A stretch of DNA of 64,000 nt, taken from NCBI GenBank assembly GCA_951406725.2, contig OX597834.1, positions 31,310,001 through 31,374,000 on the forward strand. Reading direction: 5' to 3'. Shown piece after piece: positions 49,806 to 64,000 of this stretch. The translations under genes and the position numbers were made by a program. The notes beneath the pieces were generated by a model. It made no database searches. It saw only the letters and a program-made list of their open reading frames with translations, and was not told the DNA's origin. How positions within the stretch are numbered: position 1 is the first letter of the stretch; each line of letters begins with the position of its first letter. This stretch comes from Octopus vulgaris (Eukaryota).

Positions 49806-51896
49806 TATGTGTGTGTGTGTGCATGTACGACAGAGTGTAAGCATCTTGAGAGAAAAGCTGGGCATAGGAGGCATCAGATGTGGTGTGCAAGAGAGATGAC
49901 TGTACTGGTATGGTCATGTGATGCATATGGACATGCCGATCTCTAACTGTGGAGGAAACTTGTGATAGAGGTAGAGCCTGGAAGACATGAGACGTGGCAG
50001 TGAAGCATGGTCGTCAAACTTTGGGCTTCACAGAAGCAATGATTAGTGACTGAGACCTTTGGCAATATACTGTGCTTGAGAAGACCCATCAAGTCAAGTG
50101 GTGTCACATAACTGGCACCCATGCTGGTGGCACATAAAGAGCACCTCTCAAGCTTTGGGCCTCACAGAGATAAGGTGGTCGATGCTGGTGGCATGTGAAA
50201 AATTCCTTTTAAGTGTTGGGCCTCATGGAGGCAATGATGAATGCTGAGACCTTTGGCATTATACCACCGTGCTTGAGAAGAAGCGCCATCAATCCAAGTA
50301 AAACTGTAGTCATAGCAGATTCTGGTGTCCTGCAAATGTCTCAGAGAAATCCAAAAGATTGCGCTGACAAGTACTGCCCACATCCTTAGAAACAACCCTA
50401 TCAATTCAAATGTCTGTGTTGTATTACATGAAGATATTTCCCTACTGCCCCTGCCACTTCTCCTCCCCAAGCTTTCAGACATTCTGTAACATCTCTCATC
50501 CCTTCACTCACCCTAGGATGCTGGGTGTGTCTCAGCAAGTGATTGTAACAAACATGCAGATTAAAAGTAAATAATAATAATGATGATGATGATGAAAAAT
50601 TCAATATGTGAGGTATAGAAAAAAATAGCAGAGTACCAGGCCGTAGCCATTGAATTACAGAGACTATGGTGAGTGTGGGTAAGATGTATCCCACTAGTTG
50701 TAGGTGCATTAGGAACTGTCCCTAAAGATTTGAACAGATGGACAGAGGCGCAGGAGTGGCTGTGTGGTAAGTAGCTTGCTTACCAACCACATGGTTCCGG
50801 GTTCAGTCCCACTGCGTGGCACCTTGGGCAAGTGTCTTCTACTATAGCCTCGGGCCGACCAAAGCCTTGTGTGTGGATTTGGTAGACAGAAACTGAAAGA
50901 AGCCCTGTGTGTCTGTGTTTGTCCCCCTAGCATTGTTTGACAACCGATGCTGGTGTGTTTATGTCCCCGTTACTTAGTGGTTCGGCAAAAGAGACCGATA
51001 GAATAAGTACTGGGCTTACAAAAGAATAAGTTCCGGGGTCGAGTTGCTCGATTAAAGGCGGGTGCTCCAGCATGGCCGCAGTCAAATGACTGAAACAAGT
51101 AAAAGAGTAAAGAGAGGAAATAGGCATAGATCCCAGTTTAGTAGAGCTGCAGAAAACAGTGTTATTAGGGACAACCAGGATACTTTGGAGGGTTCTTGGC
51201 ATCTAAGGTTACTTGATGTAGCTTGATGTTAGGGTTTTTTCTTCACCAACAGTCCTATCTATTGTGTGTATGTGAATATAATAATAATAATAATAATTAA
51301 TTCTTTTTATTGGCCACAAGGGCTGACAAACATGATTGGAAAACATAAAGGGACAAAACAGGACGAAAGGTTACAAAAGGTTTTGTCCGTTTTTCGAAGG
51401 AAAAAAGTCCGTGTAAACAAGCTTTACAACAACGAAAAAATTCAACAATTTATAAAACTCCCAATAGAGGAGACGTTTCGAAAAAAGGAAAGGTCTCACG
51501 TGGAAAAGCCCATAAAAGCCACGGGAGCCTGGTTGAAAGGTGGGGTAGAGAGCCCATTTCTCCTTTTATAATAATAATAATGATAATAATAATAATAATA
51601 AAAATTGAATAATTCACCTTTGGAAACATGGGTGGTTTTTTCAACATCCTTAAACAACCTTTATTCAGGGACCGTTTGAGCGGGATGGGCTACTCAACCT
51701 GAAGAAAATTCTAACTGGGCCCCACCTGCAAGGTCATGTGCTGTTTATCTTGATATGAGATCACCATGTCGCACACATATGGTTGTGATGCATGTGCCTG
51801 GTGTACCCTTATCAGACGGGTAGTCATGATGGGTATATTGGGCTTCGTATATTTTACCCCAGTGTCCCTTTGATGGCATGAACTGCTCTCTCACTC

Positions 51897-51933
<37 letters not shown>

Positions 51934-51934
51934 T

Positions 51935-51997
<63 letters not shown>

Positions 51998-52027
51998 GAT
52001 AATAATGTTTGTTTCCTCTACTTCCAG

Positions 52028-52194
52028 CTGCTGCAATACTGATTGGAATTATTATATACTGTGTTGAAGAATTTACTCTGCATATCTGTTTCATCTTCTC
52101 CTTAAGTTCAGCAGCATTTTTCTTCTTTTATGCGGGTTATACCATTTCGCCACCCGCTTCCTCATCGTCATCATCAATCGACTTGCAATCCTGA
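52028..52194 (+). CDS. Claudin/PMP22-like gene C, exon 3
   Basis: ctacttccag acceptor; (A)AAILIGIIIYCVEEFTLHICFIFSLSSAAFFFFYAGYTISPPASSSSSSIDLQS*. Confidence 0.87.
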
Positions 52195-52238
52195 TCACAC
52201 CATTCTGGTGCTCTACCGATTCTTCAATAACCCACCTT

Positions 52239-52273
<35 letters not shown>

Positions 52274-52524
52274 TAATAATAATAATAATGATGATGATGA
52301 TGATAATAATCCTTTCTGCTAGAGGCACAAAGCTGAAATTTTGAGGGCAGTGGTGGGGGGAAGGAGTAGCTGATTACATTGACCCCCCAAAAAGATGAAA
52401 AGCAAAGTCGATCATGACAGAATCTGACTTCACAATGTAAAGAGCTGGAAGGAATGTTGCTAAGCATTTTCTCTGAAGTGCTAACGATTCCGTCTGCTGG
52501 CTGACCTTAAATAATATTAATAAA

Positions 52525-52625
<101 letters not shown>

Positions 52626-53342
52626 TCATTTCTACTATAAGCATGAAAGTATTGTAGGATTGAGTTAGTTGATTACATCAACCCCAGTTGCTCACCTGGT
52701 ACTTATAATTTTGACCTGAAAGGAGGAAAAGTAAAGTTGGCCTTGGTGGAATTTGAACTCAGAATACAAAACCAGAAGAAATGTCATTAAGTGCTTTGTC
52801 TGGCATTCTAATGATTTGTTTATTAGCCACAAGGGCTAAAAAAAACATTTAGGACCATGCATGTACAAAGGACTGGGGATTTACATAAACACGTGTAAGC
52901 AATAAAACAATAACAATTAACAAGAAGGTTCTCCAGTAGATGGAAAGTACTACCCAGGGGTAACCAAGAAATCTCACTATTGTGGATTATCCCTACCACT
53001 GTGGGCACCAAAGGGAAGCTTCACTCTCCCATCCTACAGGTCCAAAGTTCAAGCCATCTTTGCTACATCCATGCATCTTTCAACAAATTTTCTAGGGACC
53101 AGAACCTCTATTGCTACCCTCCCCTTCCCTTTTAACCCTTTGGGATTCAGATTATTCTGCCAAAAGTAATCCTTATTTTATTCCCATTGCTTAGAATTAA
53201 TCATGGATTATCTCATTGCTTTGAGACTCCAATGTTGTCATTATATATTTTTACAATGACATTATAGGGGAAGTGTAAGTTTGAACATAAAACCGGGAGA
53301 GTATTTGGGCTGGATATGACCCTTTTCGAATACTAAAGAGTT

Positions 53343-53376
<34 letters not shown>

Positions 53377-53405
53377 GGAGCTTAAAAAAAAGGTCAATGA
53401 GGGTT

Positions 53406-53690
53406 TCACTGGAGAAGAAAGTGTTTGTCTTCTGTCCTTTGAGTCTTGTCCACCAGGCAATCTCTTACCATTGCTACCAGGCAGAGAAGAACTGCCTGGC
53501 TTTCCTGGTCACCAGATGGCATTGGAATGATCTTCATGATGGAGTCAGCAGTTAATAACCAGATCCACCCTACACCTGATAGCAACTGTCCAACATAAAT
53601 CCATTGAGTCAGTAATGCTTGGGTAATGTACAAGAATTTACTGAGCACTTTTATTATTCCACACGCATCTCAGGCAGGCTTGGATGATGG
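53406..53690 (-). mobile_element. Degenerate L1/Tx1-like ORF2 C-terminal remnant (another possible piece at about 17330-17580)
   Basis: WIYVGQLLSGVGWI...SIMKIIP...AVLLCLVAMV resembles Tx1-type C-terminal regions; weak similarity only. Confidence 0.4.
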
Positions 53691-55519
53691 CATTAACATG
53701 AAACAAAATAAGTCTATCTGTGAATTGTGAAACCATAATTCAGTAAGAATTAAAATTTTTTTTTTTTATTTCCTCTTTCCCATCGACACACTCCTGACGT
53801 GTATCCTGAATAATGATTAACGACAAATAAAAAGAAAATATCTACTTTACGTTCCATATTGTTGTTTGTATTGTTCTTTTACCTCTAACTTCACCTCTTC
53901 TTCTCTTTATTATTATTATTATTATTATGGTCAGGTTCCAACCCTGGCCTCAGCAAACAAAGTCCTCCACCTGCCACACTTCTCGGTCCCGCATCACAGA
54001 AAACAGCACAGCTCCCATGACTTCAGGAAACATTTTTTCACGCTGAGAGTTGCTGAAGCGTGGAACAAACTGCCGGCATCGGTTGTTAGTTGTCGGAGCA
54101 CTGCATCCTTCAAGACTTCCATGCTTCCTGAGATTCGCCAACACTACACTTGATTTTCTCCCCTCCATACACACACAAGCATGTTCACTTTCCAGACATT
54201 TCTACATTACTGCATGTACTTTATACGCACTTTCTGACAAGTTGTGGTGCACCTGAGCACTGTATACAATAATTTCATTATTATTATTATATCACTGCTT
54301 CAAGGTCCTGGATACATTCCAGGCCAGTGTTTGCAATCAGGTTATCATCATCTTACATCACCATGAAGTGGGTGCCACTGAGGGTGGCACATGCAGTGAC
54401 CAGATCAGTCACAGCTGTCTTTGCCTGGTCTTCTCGCTAACTTTCAGCAGGTTTCCATAAAGGCATTTACTCGGTTAGATAAATCAAAGGGAGGTAATCC
54501 ATACAGCACTAAATATTTCTACTGTTTAGTGTCAGGAAGAAAATCGGACGGGTAAATGATGCAAGGGAGGTAACCGATTTAAGGCTAATATAATTCATAA
54601 TTTATTTGATTTTTTTTTTTCACACAATTTTGTCTTGCAGTTACACACACACACACACACACACACACATATTAAGATTCAGGTGAATGAGGCGTTTAAA
54701 TGGTAAGGCACCAGGTCGGGTCAGAATTAAAATGCATACACACCAACTATACAAAAAAATACAAACATTGATCCTGAACGCTGTGACCAGCACTGATGAT
54801 GGAATCTCTCTCTATATAAACGGCAGTTTGTCTGTCTGTGTGTCTGTCAGGTTGTACCCTCACCCTGACCACAGCTTTCAACCGATTCTGATGAAACTTG
54901 ACACACACATAGCCCAATGTCATAATTCAAAACTAACGCAGCGAAAGTTTTGAAAAGTTCCCCCAGTTCTGAAAAAAATCGATAAATTCGACATGGGGTC
55001 GAGAATCAGAAACACGAACCACAGACTGTCTAGGGGATGCAACTCGACTTTTTAACTCTCAAAAAAATTTACCATAATTTTTTTTCCATTTTTTTTGCTA
55101 TTTTTTGGCTATAACTCTCTAAAAATGCTTTATAGTTATTTCCCTTACAAACCCGAGCAACGCCGGGCGATACTGCTAGTCACAAAATATGTGCATTTTA
55201 AATATTTCTTAAAGGTCCTAAACAGTAGAGTTCATGCATTCATCTGAAGAAAGCGGTTTTTTAGAATGATATAATGTACTCATTAATCATTTTAAGAAAT
55301 TCGTTAGAAACGGCTGTAATGAATTGAGACCTATCTATCCTTTGTTTTATACACACACACACACACACACACATACACACACAGATATATTGGTATGTAA
55401 TTCATAAAATGTACACAGACACGACAGAAGTGAATAGACACCCTTATAATCATTAAAGATTTATTCAAATCTGAAATTATACATTCAAATTATTTATTAA
55501 TTGTTATAATGTGAATATT

Positions 55520-55830
55520 TAATATTTAGTAGACATGCCCCTTGCCTTTTCATTGCATGGACCCAATTAGGCATGCTACTGATCAGCTAATGAATATTCT
55601 CTTGAGAAATTTCTTGCCAAGTTCCATGCAGTAATCTCAAGAGATCTGGCTTTGAAGATGCTTTCTTGTTCTTTATATGAATTGTCCTGTCCATTATATC
55701 CCAGAGGTATTCAGTAGGGTTTGTATCTGGTGACTGGTTTGGCCATGGAAGCTTTTCAATGTCATTCTCATCCAACAAGCCTTGGATCATTTTAGCTGTG
55801 TGACAAGGAGTCCCATCTTAAGATAATATA
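55520..55830 (-). mobile_element. Tc1-like transposase remnant
   Basis: LPWPNQSPDTNPTEYLWD matches the Tc1 WPxxSPDLNPIEN motif. Confidence 0.8.
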
Positions 55831-57198
55831 GGATAAATGAAACTTACTCCAAGGAACTGACATGATAGTCATTGGCAAGAAATATGGGATTCTAGTATTA
55901 GATGAGGTGGCAGCAGGCAGAATCATTACTGTGCAAAATACTGACTACCATTTCATCTGTCTTTACATTCTGAGTACAAATTCCACTGAGGTTGACTTTG
56001 CATGTCATCCTTTCAGGGTCAATAAAATAAGCACCAGCTGAGAACTGGGATTGATATAATTGATCCTATCTCCCCAAAATTGCTGGCCTTGTGCCAAAAT
56101 TTGAAACTAGTATTAGATAGATTCCACTATGTAAACATTTAAACTTATTTCAAAGTAGGCAAGTGTCTTCTGCTATAACCCCAGTCCGAGCAGTACCTGT
56201 AAGTGAATTTAATTGATAGAAAATGTGTGGAAGCCTATTATCATCATCATATATATAAATGTGTGTGTGTGTGTGTGTGTAAGTGAATGTGTGAATGTGT
56301 GTGTGTGTGTGTGTGTGTGTATAACAAAAAAAAACATTAAAATTCCTGGTCTTCCAACTTTGCCTTAGTCCTGAGAAAACCTCAGATCAGAATAAATATG
56401 GACAAATAAAGAGAATGTTTTTATCAAAAAATATAAACCCAGCCTGGACGGTCTAAACCAACGTATTGAACAGAGATGTTACATTATTCTAGTTCATATT
56501 CCCATGCACAAACATATAAACAGCCATAGACATTACTGTCATCTGCAAACAAAATGAAAAAAAGCTATTTCTCTATTTTTAGTTCTTCTGACAATCTGTT
56601 GTTCATTTTGTCACATGACACATTCACTGGATTAACACAGCCTGGATTTTTGAAGCAACTATTGACCATACTGTCATGTGACCAATGCATGGACATAATG
56701 TGTAATTGTAAATTTTCTTCTGATATGATTCATCCTTGACTCTCAGTGCAATTATCATTTTCACAGTCACATAAACTTCTGACCTTGTGACTGGCTTCAA
56801 CCAACCAAAGTGAGCCTCAAGTGATGTCAATTTAGATCATAATCTATTCATAAAAAATAGCAAATTTTGAAACTCTTGTCAAAATTGAGACAAATATGAC
56901 AGCTCCTTATTCTTCTATCTTACACTACCTCTGAAAATAATGCAACTGCGAAATCAGTTAAATAAATGCAAATAAATATTTTAAAGACTCCAAGTGCATT
57001 TTCAGTTTCTTTCCTTTTCTGCCTGCATATAAAAAACTTATTTTACTGCACACACATATATGGGCATGCATGCACACAAATGCACACACAACACACATAC
57101 ATTCACTTCTCAATCATAGTTTTGGATTGAGTCCCACTCGACCATAGACATATAAATATATATATCTATATATTTATATGTCTGTGTATATATATATG

Positions 57199-57249
<51 letters not shown>

Positions 57250-57252
<3 letters not shown>

Positions 57253-58230
57253 TTTTGATCAATAAGTATCCGGACTGTTGCCATAGTAACGAAGGTAAAG
57301 CATGCAGAGTGAAACCACTTGGCACAGATTGACGTTGAGCTCTGCTGAGCATGTGCACTAAGTTTTAACATTCTAGCTCACTTTCACTGTTTACAGCAAT
57401 GCTTGGAAGGAAGGTGTGTAATGTGTGATCATTGCATTGACCATGACAGAGAGTTGTCATGGCGATACCTGCTCAGACGCCTATGCAAAGTTGCAGAAAG
57501 TGTATGGAGAGGAGTGTATGAGCTGCACACAAGTTTACAAGGGGTTCAGACGTTTGCAAGATTGCCGAAAAATGTTGATAGTGACAAATGCTTTCAGAGA
57601 CCTGCAAGCAGCAGAACTTTGCATAGGCCTCTGACCAAGTTTTTGGCAAAATTTGATGCAGATTCCCTGCTCAATATGACGATCACATGCTACACACCTT
57701 CCTTCCAAGCACTGCTGTAAACAGTGGAAGTGAGCTAGAATGTTATGAGGGGCGTTCAGTAAGTAATGCCCCTGACCCACTTCCCATAGCAGTAGAGCAA
57801 TGAAACTTGGCACAGTTATTAGTCTTTTTCTACACAGGAACCACCCAGAGTTATGCATTTCTCCCATCGTTTGATGCAGCTCTGGAGACCGTTTTTGTAG
57901 AAGACCCCAGCTTGGTCCTCCAACCACGACGTGACTTCAGAAATCAAGGCTGCATCATCTGGGAAACGCTTTCCTTTCAAAAACAACTTCATGGCTGGGA
58001 AGATGTGAAAATCAGAGGGTCCAAGGTCAGGAGAGTGGGGAGGACTGGCGACAAGCGAGTTGTGGACCAGAGCGTTGTCCTGCACGAGGAGGACGCCTTT
58101 GCTGATCTCGTAAAATTTGGTGTGCATGCACAGCAGTGTTCAACGTTGATCTGTATCAAGCAGCTTTACTCTGCGTGCTTTAGCTTCATTACTATGGCAA
58201 CAGTCCGGATACTTATTGATCAGACCACGT
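57250..58230. mobile_element. Mariner-derived element with long TIRs containing a second mariner 3' fragment (57744-58105, minus)
   Basis: TIR tgatcaataagtatccggactgttgccatag at both ends; HTH remnant AYAKLQKVYGEECMS; inner fragment LVQDNA...PPHSPDLGPSDFHIF...RWEKCITLGG (DD34D). Confidence 0.85.
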
Positions 58231-59071
58231 TTTTCGCGTTGCCTTCAACCAGACTAGTCATGATTTTTTGAGCTCCTTACTTCTCTTAATTTCCTTCCTT
58301 TGTCTCTCTCTCTCTCTCTGTCTTTCTTTGTTACCCTCCTCCCACTATCATGTGATCTGTGATGGCCTATGGCTGTGTCATTCTTTCCCGCACTGCCTTT
58401 GACCAGACTGCTTACGATTTTCTGAGCTCCTCACTCTACTCCTACTGTGTTTATAGTCCTTTAACCCTTTAGTATTTAAACCGGCCATATCCAGCCAAAA
58501 TAGCTAATCTGTTTTATGTTCAAACTGACCAGATCCAGGCTCTCACACCTACCCTACAATTGTTATTCTACATTAAGTAATTACACCATCAAGATCTTGA
58601 AGATATGGGATAATGCATGATTAATTCAAATCAATGGGAATCAATACGCATCATGTTTGATAGAATAATCTGAACACTAAAGGGTTAAGACAGTTTCTCA
58701 TTTCTCCTTCATGTTACCCATTTTGGTCTTGTCTTGCAGCACTAAGGCCTTTTTGCTGTATATGTATTATTATCATTTTAACTGTTGTTTGCGCTTGACC
58801 CTAAGCCTTTATTCTGTTTACTGTTTTGTCCCTTGTCCATTCACTGTCTCGTCTTGAGCCCATCTCATTTTGCTATGTTTTGGTCCCATTCCTGGCAAGT
58901 TTCTTGCCGCTGCCTCCAGAGTGGAAGCAATATTATTGAAAATGGCCAAAATTGCGCTTGACCCTCTGGACAATAACTGAAAAGGAGTTGGTGACCTTCA
59001 GTGTTTTCCGTTTGTCTGTGTATTTAGTATATGTTTGTATGTTTATTTACTACACGTTTTTTAAAAATTAT

Positions 59072-59143
<72 letters not shown>

Positions 59144-59225
59144 GAATATCATATTTTCCATTTGCTGTCTTTTTCCTCTAATCCTGAAAATATTATTTAT
59201 GTAACGCAAGCATTCATTTACTTTT

Positions 59226-59268
<43 letters not shown>

Positions 59269-59413
59269 ATATATAATATATGTGTGTGTGTGTGTGTGTA
59301 CAGACACGTGTATAGGGAGATAGATAGATTGACTGTGGGTAATATGTATGTGTGCATTATGCATGTACGTCCATAAGCATGTACACGCACACACACACAA
59401 ACATGTGTATATA

Positions 59414-59480
<67 letters not shown>

Positions 59481-59681
59481 ACAAATAAAGAGAATATATG
59501 GACAAATAAAGAGATATATAAATATCTGTGTGTATGTGTGTATGTATTTGCATGTAAATTCGGGTATGTCTTTGTATACATGTAGGTAAGTAAACATATG
59601 TATACAAAAACTTATATTACACACATACACAATAAATATGTATATATATGCATTCTTATATATGTATGTATATGTGTGTGT

Positions 59682-59732
<51 letters not shown>

Positions 59733-59859
59733 GGTATGTATATATATATATAATAAATTAATAAATAAAACATATGCATATATACATACATATATGTACG
59801 TACCTATCTCTACATGTATATATACATGCATATATGGGTACAGAACACCGTGTGTATAC

Positions 59860-59892
<33 letters not shown>

Positions 59893-61145
59893 AGTCTATT
59901 AGTGTGTGTGTGTACATATACGCATTAGTGTGTTTACATCTGCCCATTTGTTTACGTAGAGTATGTATAAAATTGAAACTTTTGTTTCAAAAACCATTTA
60001 CAGTTTTCATCTGGAATACAGTAATTTTCTACAAGAGTACAAGAGGATTTCAGGAGGCTGAAGAACTTATATTTCCAAGAAATATAAGAAGCTTAACAAC
60101 TAAGGAAATTAATCCGAGAATATATGAAGAATCTTTGACAGGAACAGATTTTTTAAAAAATTTTCTTTAACATTTAGGTTATCTTCAGTTTTTGGAATCT
60201 GATTATTTGTTCCAATATTTAGAATTTTTCTTAAAGAAATTCTTAAACTCATCTTCTTTTACCTCCACCCATTTTTGCTTTTATCCTTGCTGATTTCACT
60301 CATTGGATTGCAGCCGTGCTAAGGCAATGTCTTGAAGGCTAGAAATCAAACAAAGCACTCTTTACTCTTTTACTTGTTTCAGTCATTTGACTGTGGCACT
60401 GCTGGAGCACCGCCTTTAGCCAAGCAAATCGACCCCAGAACTCATTCTTTGTAAGCCTAGTACTTATTCTATCGGTCTCTTTTGCCTAACCGCTAAGTTA
60501 AATAATAAATAAATTATTTAATTAATTAACTACCTAATTAATTATTTTATTTTCCTAAATGTGGCACTTATTCTATTGGTGTCTTTTGCTTGCTGAACTA
60601 AGTTACAGGGACATAAACAAACCAACATTGGACTGTTAAATGACGACAGGGGACAAACACAAAGATGACACACACATATACATATACATACACACACACA
60701 TATATATATACATATACACACACATACATATACACATATATAGATATAATATATAAAATATGTGTATATGTGGCTTATAGGCGTAGGAATGGTTGTGTGG
60801 TAAGTAGCTTGCTTACCAACCACATGGTTCCGGGTTCACTCCCACTGCATAGCACCTTGGGCAGGTGTCTTCTACTATAGCCTCGGGCCAACCAAAGCCT
60901 TGTGAGTGGATTTGGTAGATGGAAACTGAAAGAAGCCAGTCATATATATATGTGAGTGTGTGTGTGTGTATTTGTGTGTCTGTGTTTATGTCCCCGTAAC
61001 TTAGCGGTTCGGCATAGGAGACTGATAGAATAAGTACTAGACTTACAAAGAATAAGTCCTGCGCTCGATATGTTTGCCTAAAGGCAGTGCTCCAGCATGG
61101 CCGCAGTTAAATTACTGAAACAAATAAAAGAATAAAAGAATATAC

Positions 61146-61197
<52 letters not shown>

Positions 61198-62003
61198 GCA
61201 CACATATATACACAGGGTTGGGCAGAGAGGGCAGACCTCTTTTAAAAATTAGCAAAATCATTGATTTTAGCTGAAAATTTTACTGACGTCAATGAGTTCA
61301 TATTGAATTAGCATTTGTCAAAATTAAGTGTGTGAAACAACATCCATCATGTGGTGTCTGTTTGCATTGATGCATTTCTGAAGGCGTTCTTGGAAGTTGG
61401 TCTCCACTCTCTCCGGCATTGCTCTGTTGATTTGGGTGACTTCCATGTGAATAGTTTCTTTCAAATTGCCACACGAAATAATCACGAGTGGCTGTGTGGT
61501 AAGTAGCTTGCTTACCAACCACATGGTTCCGGGTTCAGTTCCATGCGTGGCACCTTGGGCAAGTGTCTTCTGCTATAGCCTCGGGCCGACCAAAGCCTTG
61601 TGAGTGGATTTGGTAGACGGAAACTGAAAGAAGCTTGTCGTATATATGTATATATATATATATATATATATGAATGAATGTTTTTATATATAATGAACGT
61701 GAAATACAGGAAGGGACGAACACGGAACACAGACAAATCATTCGAAGCCTTCAATCTTCAGTCAGACACCGAATCATCATAGCAAATTTCGGCTGTTCAA
61801 TTCTGATATTTGCTCCAACTCGGCCAGCCCCAAGAAAAAAAACTAAGCTGTAAGCATTAGATTTCTTGGTAGAAGACAGGAATGTGAACGCACAAGACGG
61901 ATGTGAATACAAGAGACGAAAACGAAATTGAAAACAGTAATGAATAAACAAAATATATAGAACGGTGGTTGTCATACGACTTTAGACCAAATGAGACAAA
62001 AAC

Positions 62004-62083
<80 letters not shown>

Positions 62084-63236
62084 TTATGTATGTGTGTGTA
62101 TATGTTTGTGTGTCTGTGTTTGTCCCCCTAGCATTGCTTGACAACCGATGCTGGTGTGTTTGCGTCCCCGTCACTTAGCGGCTCGGCAAAAGAGACCGAT
62201 AGAATAAGTACTCGGCTTACAAAGAATAAGTCCCGGGGTCGATTTGCTCAACTAAAGGTGGTGCTCCAGCATGGCCACAGTCAAATGACTGAAACAAGTA
62301 AAAGAGTAAAGGGCATGGACAGATCAATGGGCCAAGGGAGCCAAAGAATGTCAGCAAACCTGGGACACAAGGCATTGGTTAGTCCAGGGCTATAGTAGAA
62401 GACACTTGCCCTAGGTGCCGGTGCTACACAGTGGGACTGAACCCAAAACCACATGGCTACAAACTGGAACAACAAAGAAAACACTGCGAGGTCCCATTGC
62501 TGTCCCCACCTTATAGAGAGGCTCCATATTTGTCTTGTATCGGAGAAGATCCTTCGTTATCTTGCTAAAAATAATGTCGTATCATCAGCCATCTTTGAGA
62601 GAGACATATTGAGATACAAATTCTTTGAAAACAAGGAAAGAAAAGAAAAGAAACAATATCTATGCCAAATCTGGTCTTGTGTTGCATGCAAGTCTCTGAC
62701 ATTATAAATGAATCATCAACCATTAACCATTATTCGTTAATCTACATTTAGTCCTTGATATTTCTGTCTTTAATGTTCGTTAACTTGATTTTTCTGTTCT
62801 TCTTGTAGTTGGGGTTTTTTTTTGTATTTTGTTGCGTTGCTGTTTCTTTTGTTTTGTTTAGTTTTCTTTTGTCTATTGTCATTTGTAAACTGTTCTGCTT
62901 CAAAGATTATGCTACCGTTTGTTAACGAAGACAGGACACGCTACAGTAAACACACACATGGAACTCTGCACATGAGAAACCATCAACACAGCACACACAC
63001 ACATACACACGCATACACACACACACATACACATACATACATACATACACACATATATGTGTATATGTGTATACACATATATGTTGGTACATAATTGCAC
63101 ACTAACACATTTTATATAATATATTCATTCATGTATGTATATATATTTATATGTGTATGCATGTATAGATGAACAAATATACATGTTTGTCTGAACGTAT
63201 GTGTGTATGTGTGTGTGTGTAACATATATATATATA

Positions 63237-63273
<37 letters not shown>

Positions 63274-64000
63274 CATATATATCATCATCATCACAATCAT
63301 CATCATCATCATTTAACATCTTTTTTTCATGCTGGCATGGGTTGGACGGTTCGACTGGGGTCTGGGAAGCCAGGAGGCTGCATCAGGCTCCAATCTGATC
63401 TGGTAATGTTTCTACAGCTGGATGCCCTTCTTAATGCCAACCAATCCGAGAGTGTAGTGGGTGCTTTTTTACATTCCACAGGCACAGGGGCCGGAGGGGG
63501 CTGGCATCGACCACGATCGGGTGGTGCTTTTTATGTGCCACTGGCATGGAAGCCAGTCAAAGCAGTGCTGGCATTGGCCACATTCGGATGGTGCTTTTTA
63601 CATGCCACTGGTACGGGGATCACAACTAGGGAAAAGGCTGAGTAAGAGACCTAGGAAGACATAATGTGATATGTTCCAGGATGACATGATAGTGAGGGGA
63701 GTCGGCCCCAAGTGGAGTCACGAGGAACGTGAGCAATTAGGATGTTTGGGGAAGATTCATTGTGTTGTACTGACAGCACTGGAAGAGGCACTAGAGAGAT
63801 TATAGAACTAGCATTTTTGCTTATATGTATATACATATATATTAGTTCAGTGCATCTCATAGCAGAATCAGCTGATGGCTTCCTGTTCTCCTGAAGTCAC
63901 GTAAGCAGGCTTTAGCAAAACCACTTCAGATACTTTTCCAAAGTTTCCTTGCAAGGGGCAAACTTCCTAAAAAGCTAAAAGAAGGCATTATGTGCCCTAT

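Noticed and set aside
62453-62707. ORF with QIWSCVAC considered as a fourth claudin-like exon 1
   Set aside because: No preceding TM helix or PYW, no GLW, and an immediate stop. The opposite strand has an ADDTTLF RT-like remnant.

Overview
AT-rich, microsatellite- and repeat-dense animal genomic DNA. The repertoire of tRNA-derived SINEs and repeats suggests an octopus or other coleoid cephalopod; this is an inference. Two kinds of gene can be rebuilt by hand from GT-AG boundaries and reading-frame phase. (1) The 5' part of LTN1 (listerin, the ribosome-quality-control E3 ligase) lies on the minus strand as 13 coding exons from the ATG at 16507 down to 10, and continues beyond the window. (2) A cluster of three diverged, three-exon, four-transmembrane genes of the claudin/PMP22/EMP superfamily (W...GLW-x2-C...C): A (minus, 28444-21718, 172 aa), B (plus, 32725-38877, 149 aa) and C (plus, 46056-52194, 157 aa). 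They share phase-1 introns, a 144-nt exon 2 and a conserved upstream motif, but have unrelated C-tails. Introns and intergenic DNA hold SINEs, LINE remnants, Merlin/piggyBac/mariner/Tc1/pogo/Helitron-type relics, several long inverted repeats, and two degenerate hammerhead-ribozyme-like motifs in sense orientation inside claudin-like introns. Most ORFs in the supplied track are repeat artefacts. Coordinates of degenerate repeats are approximate.
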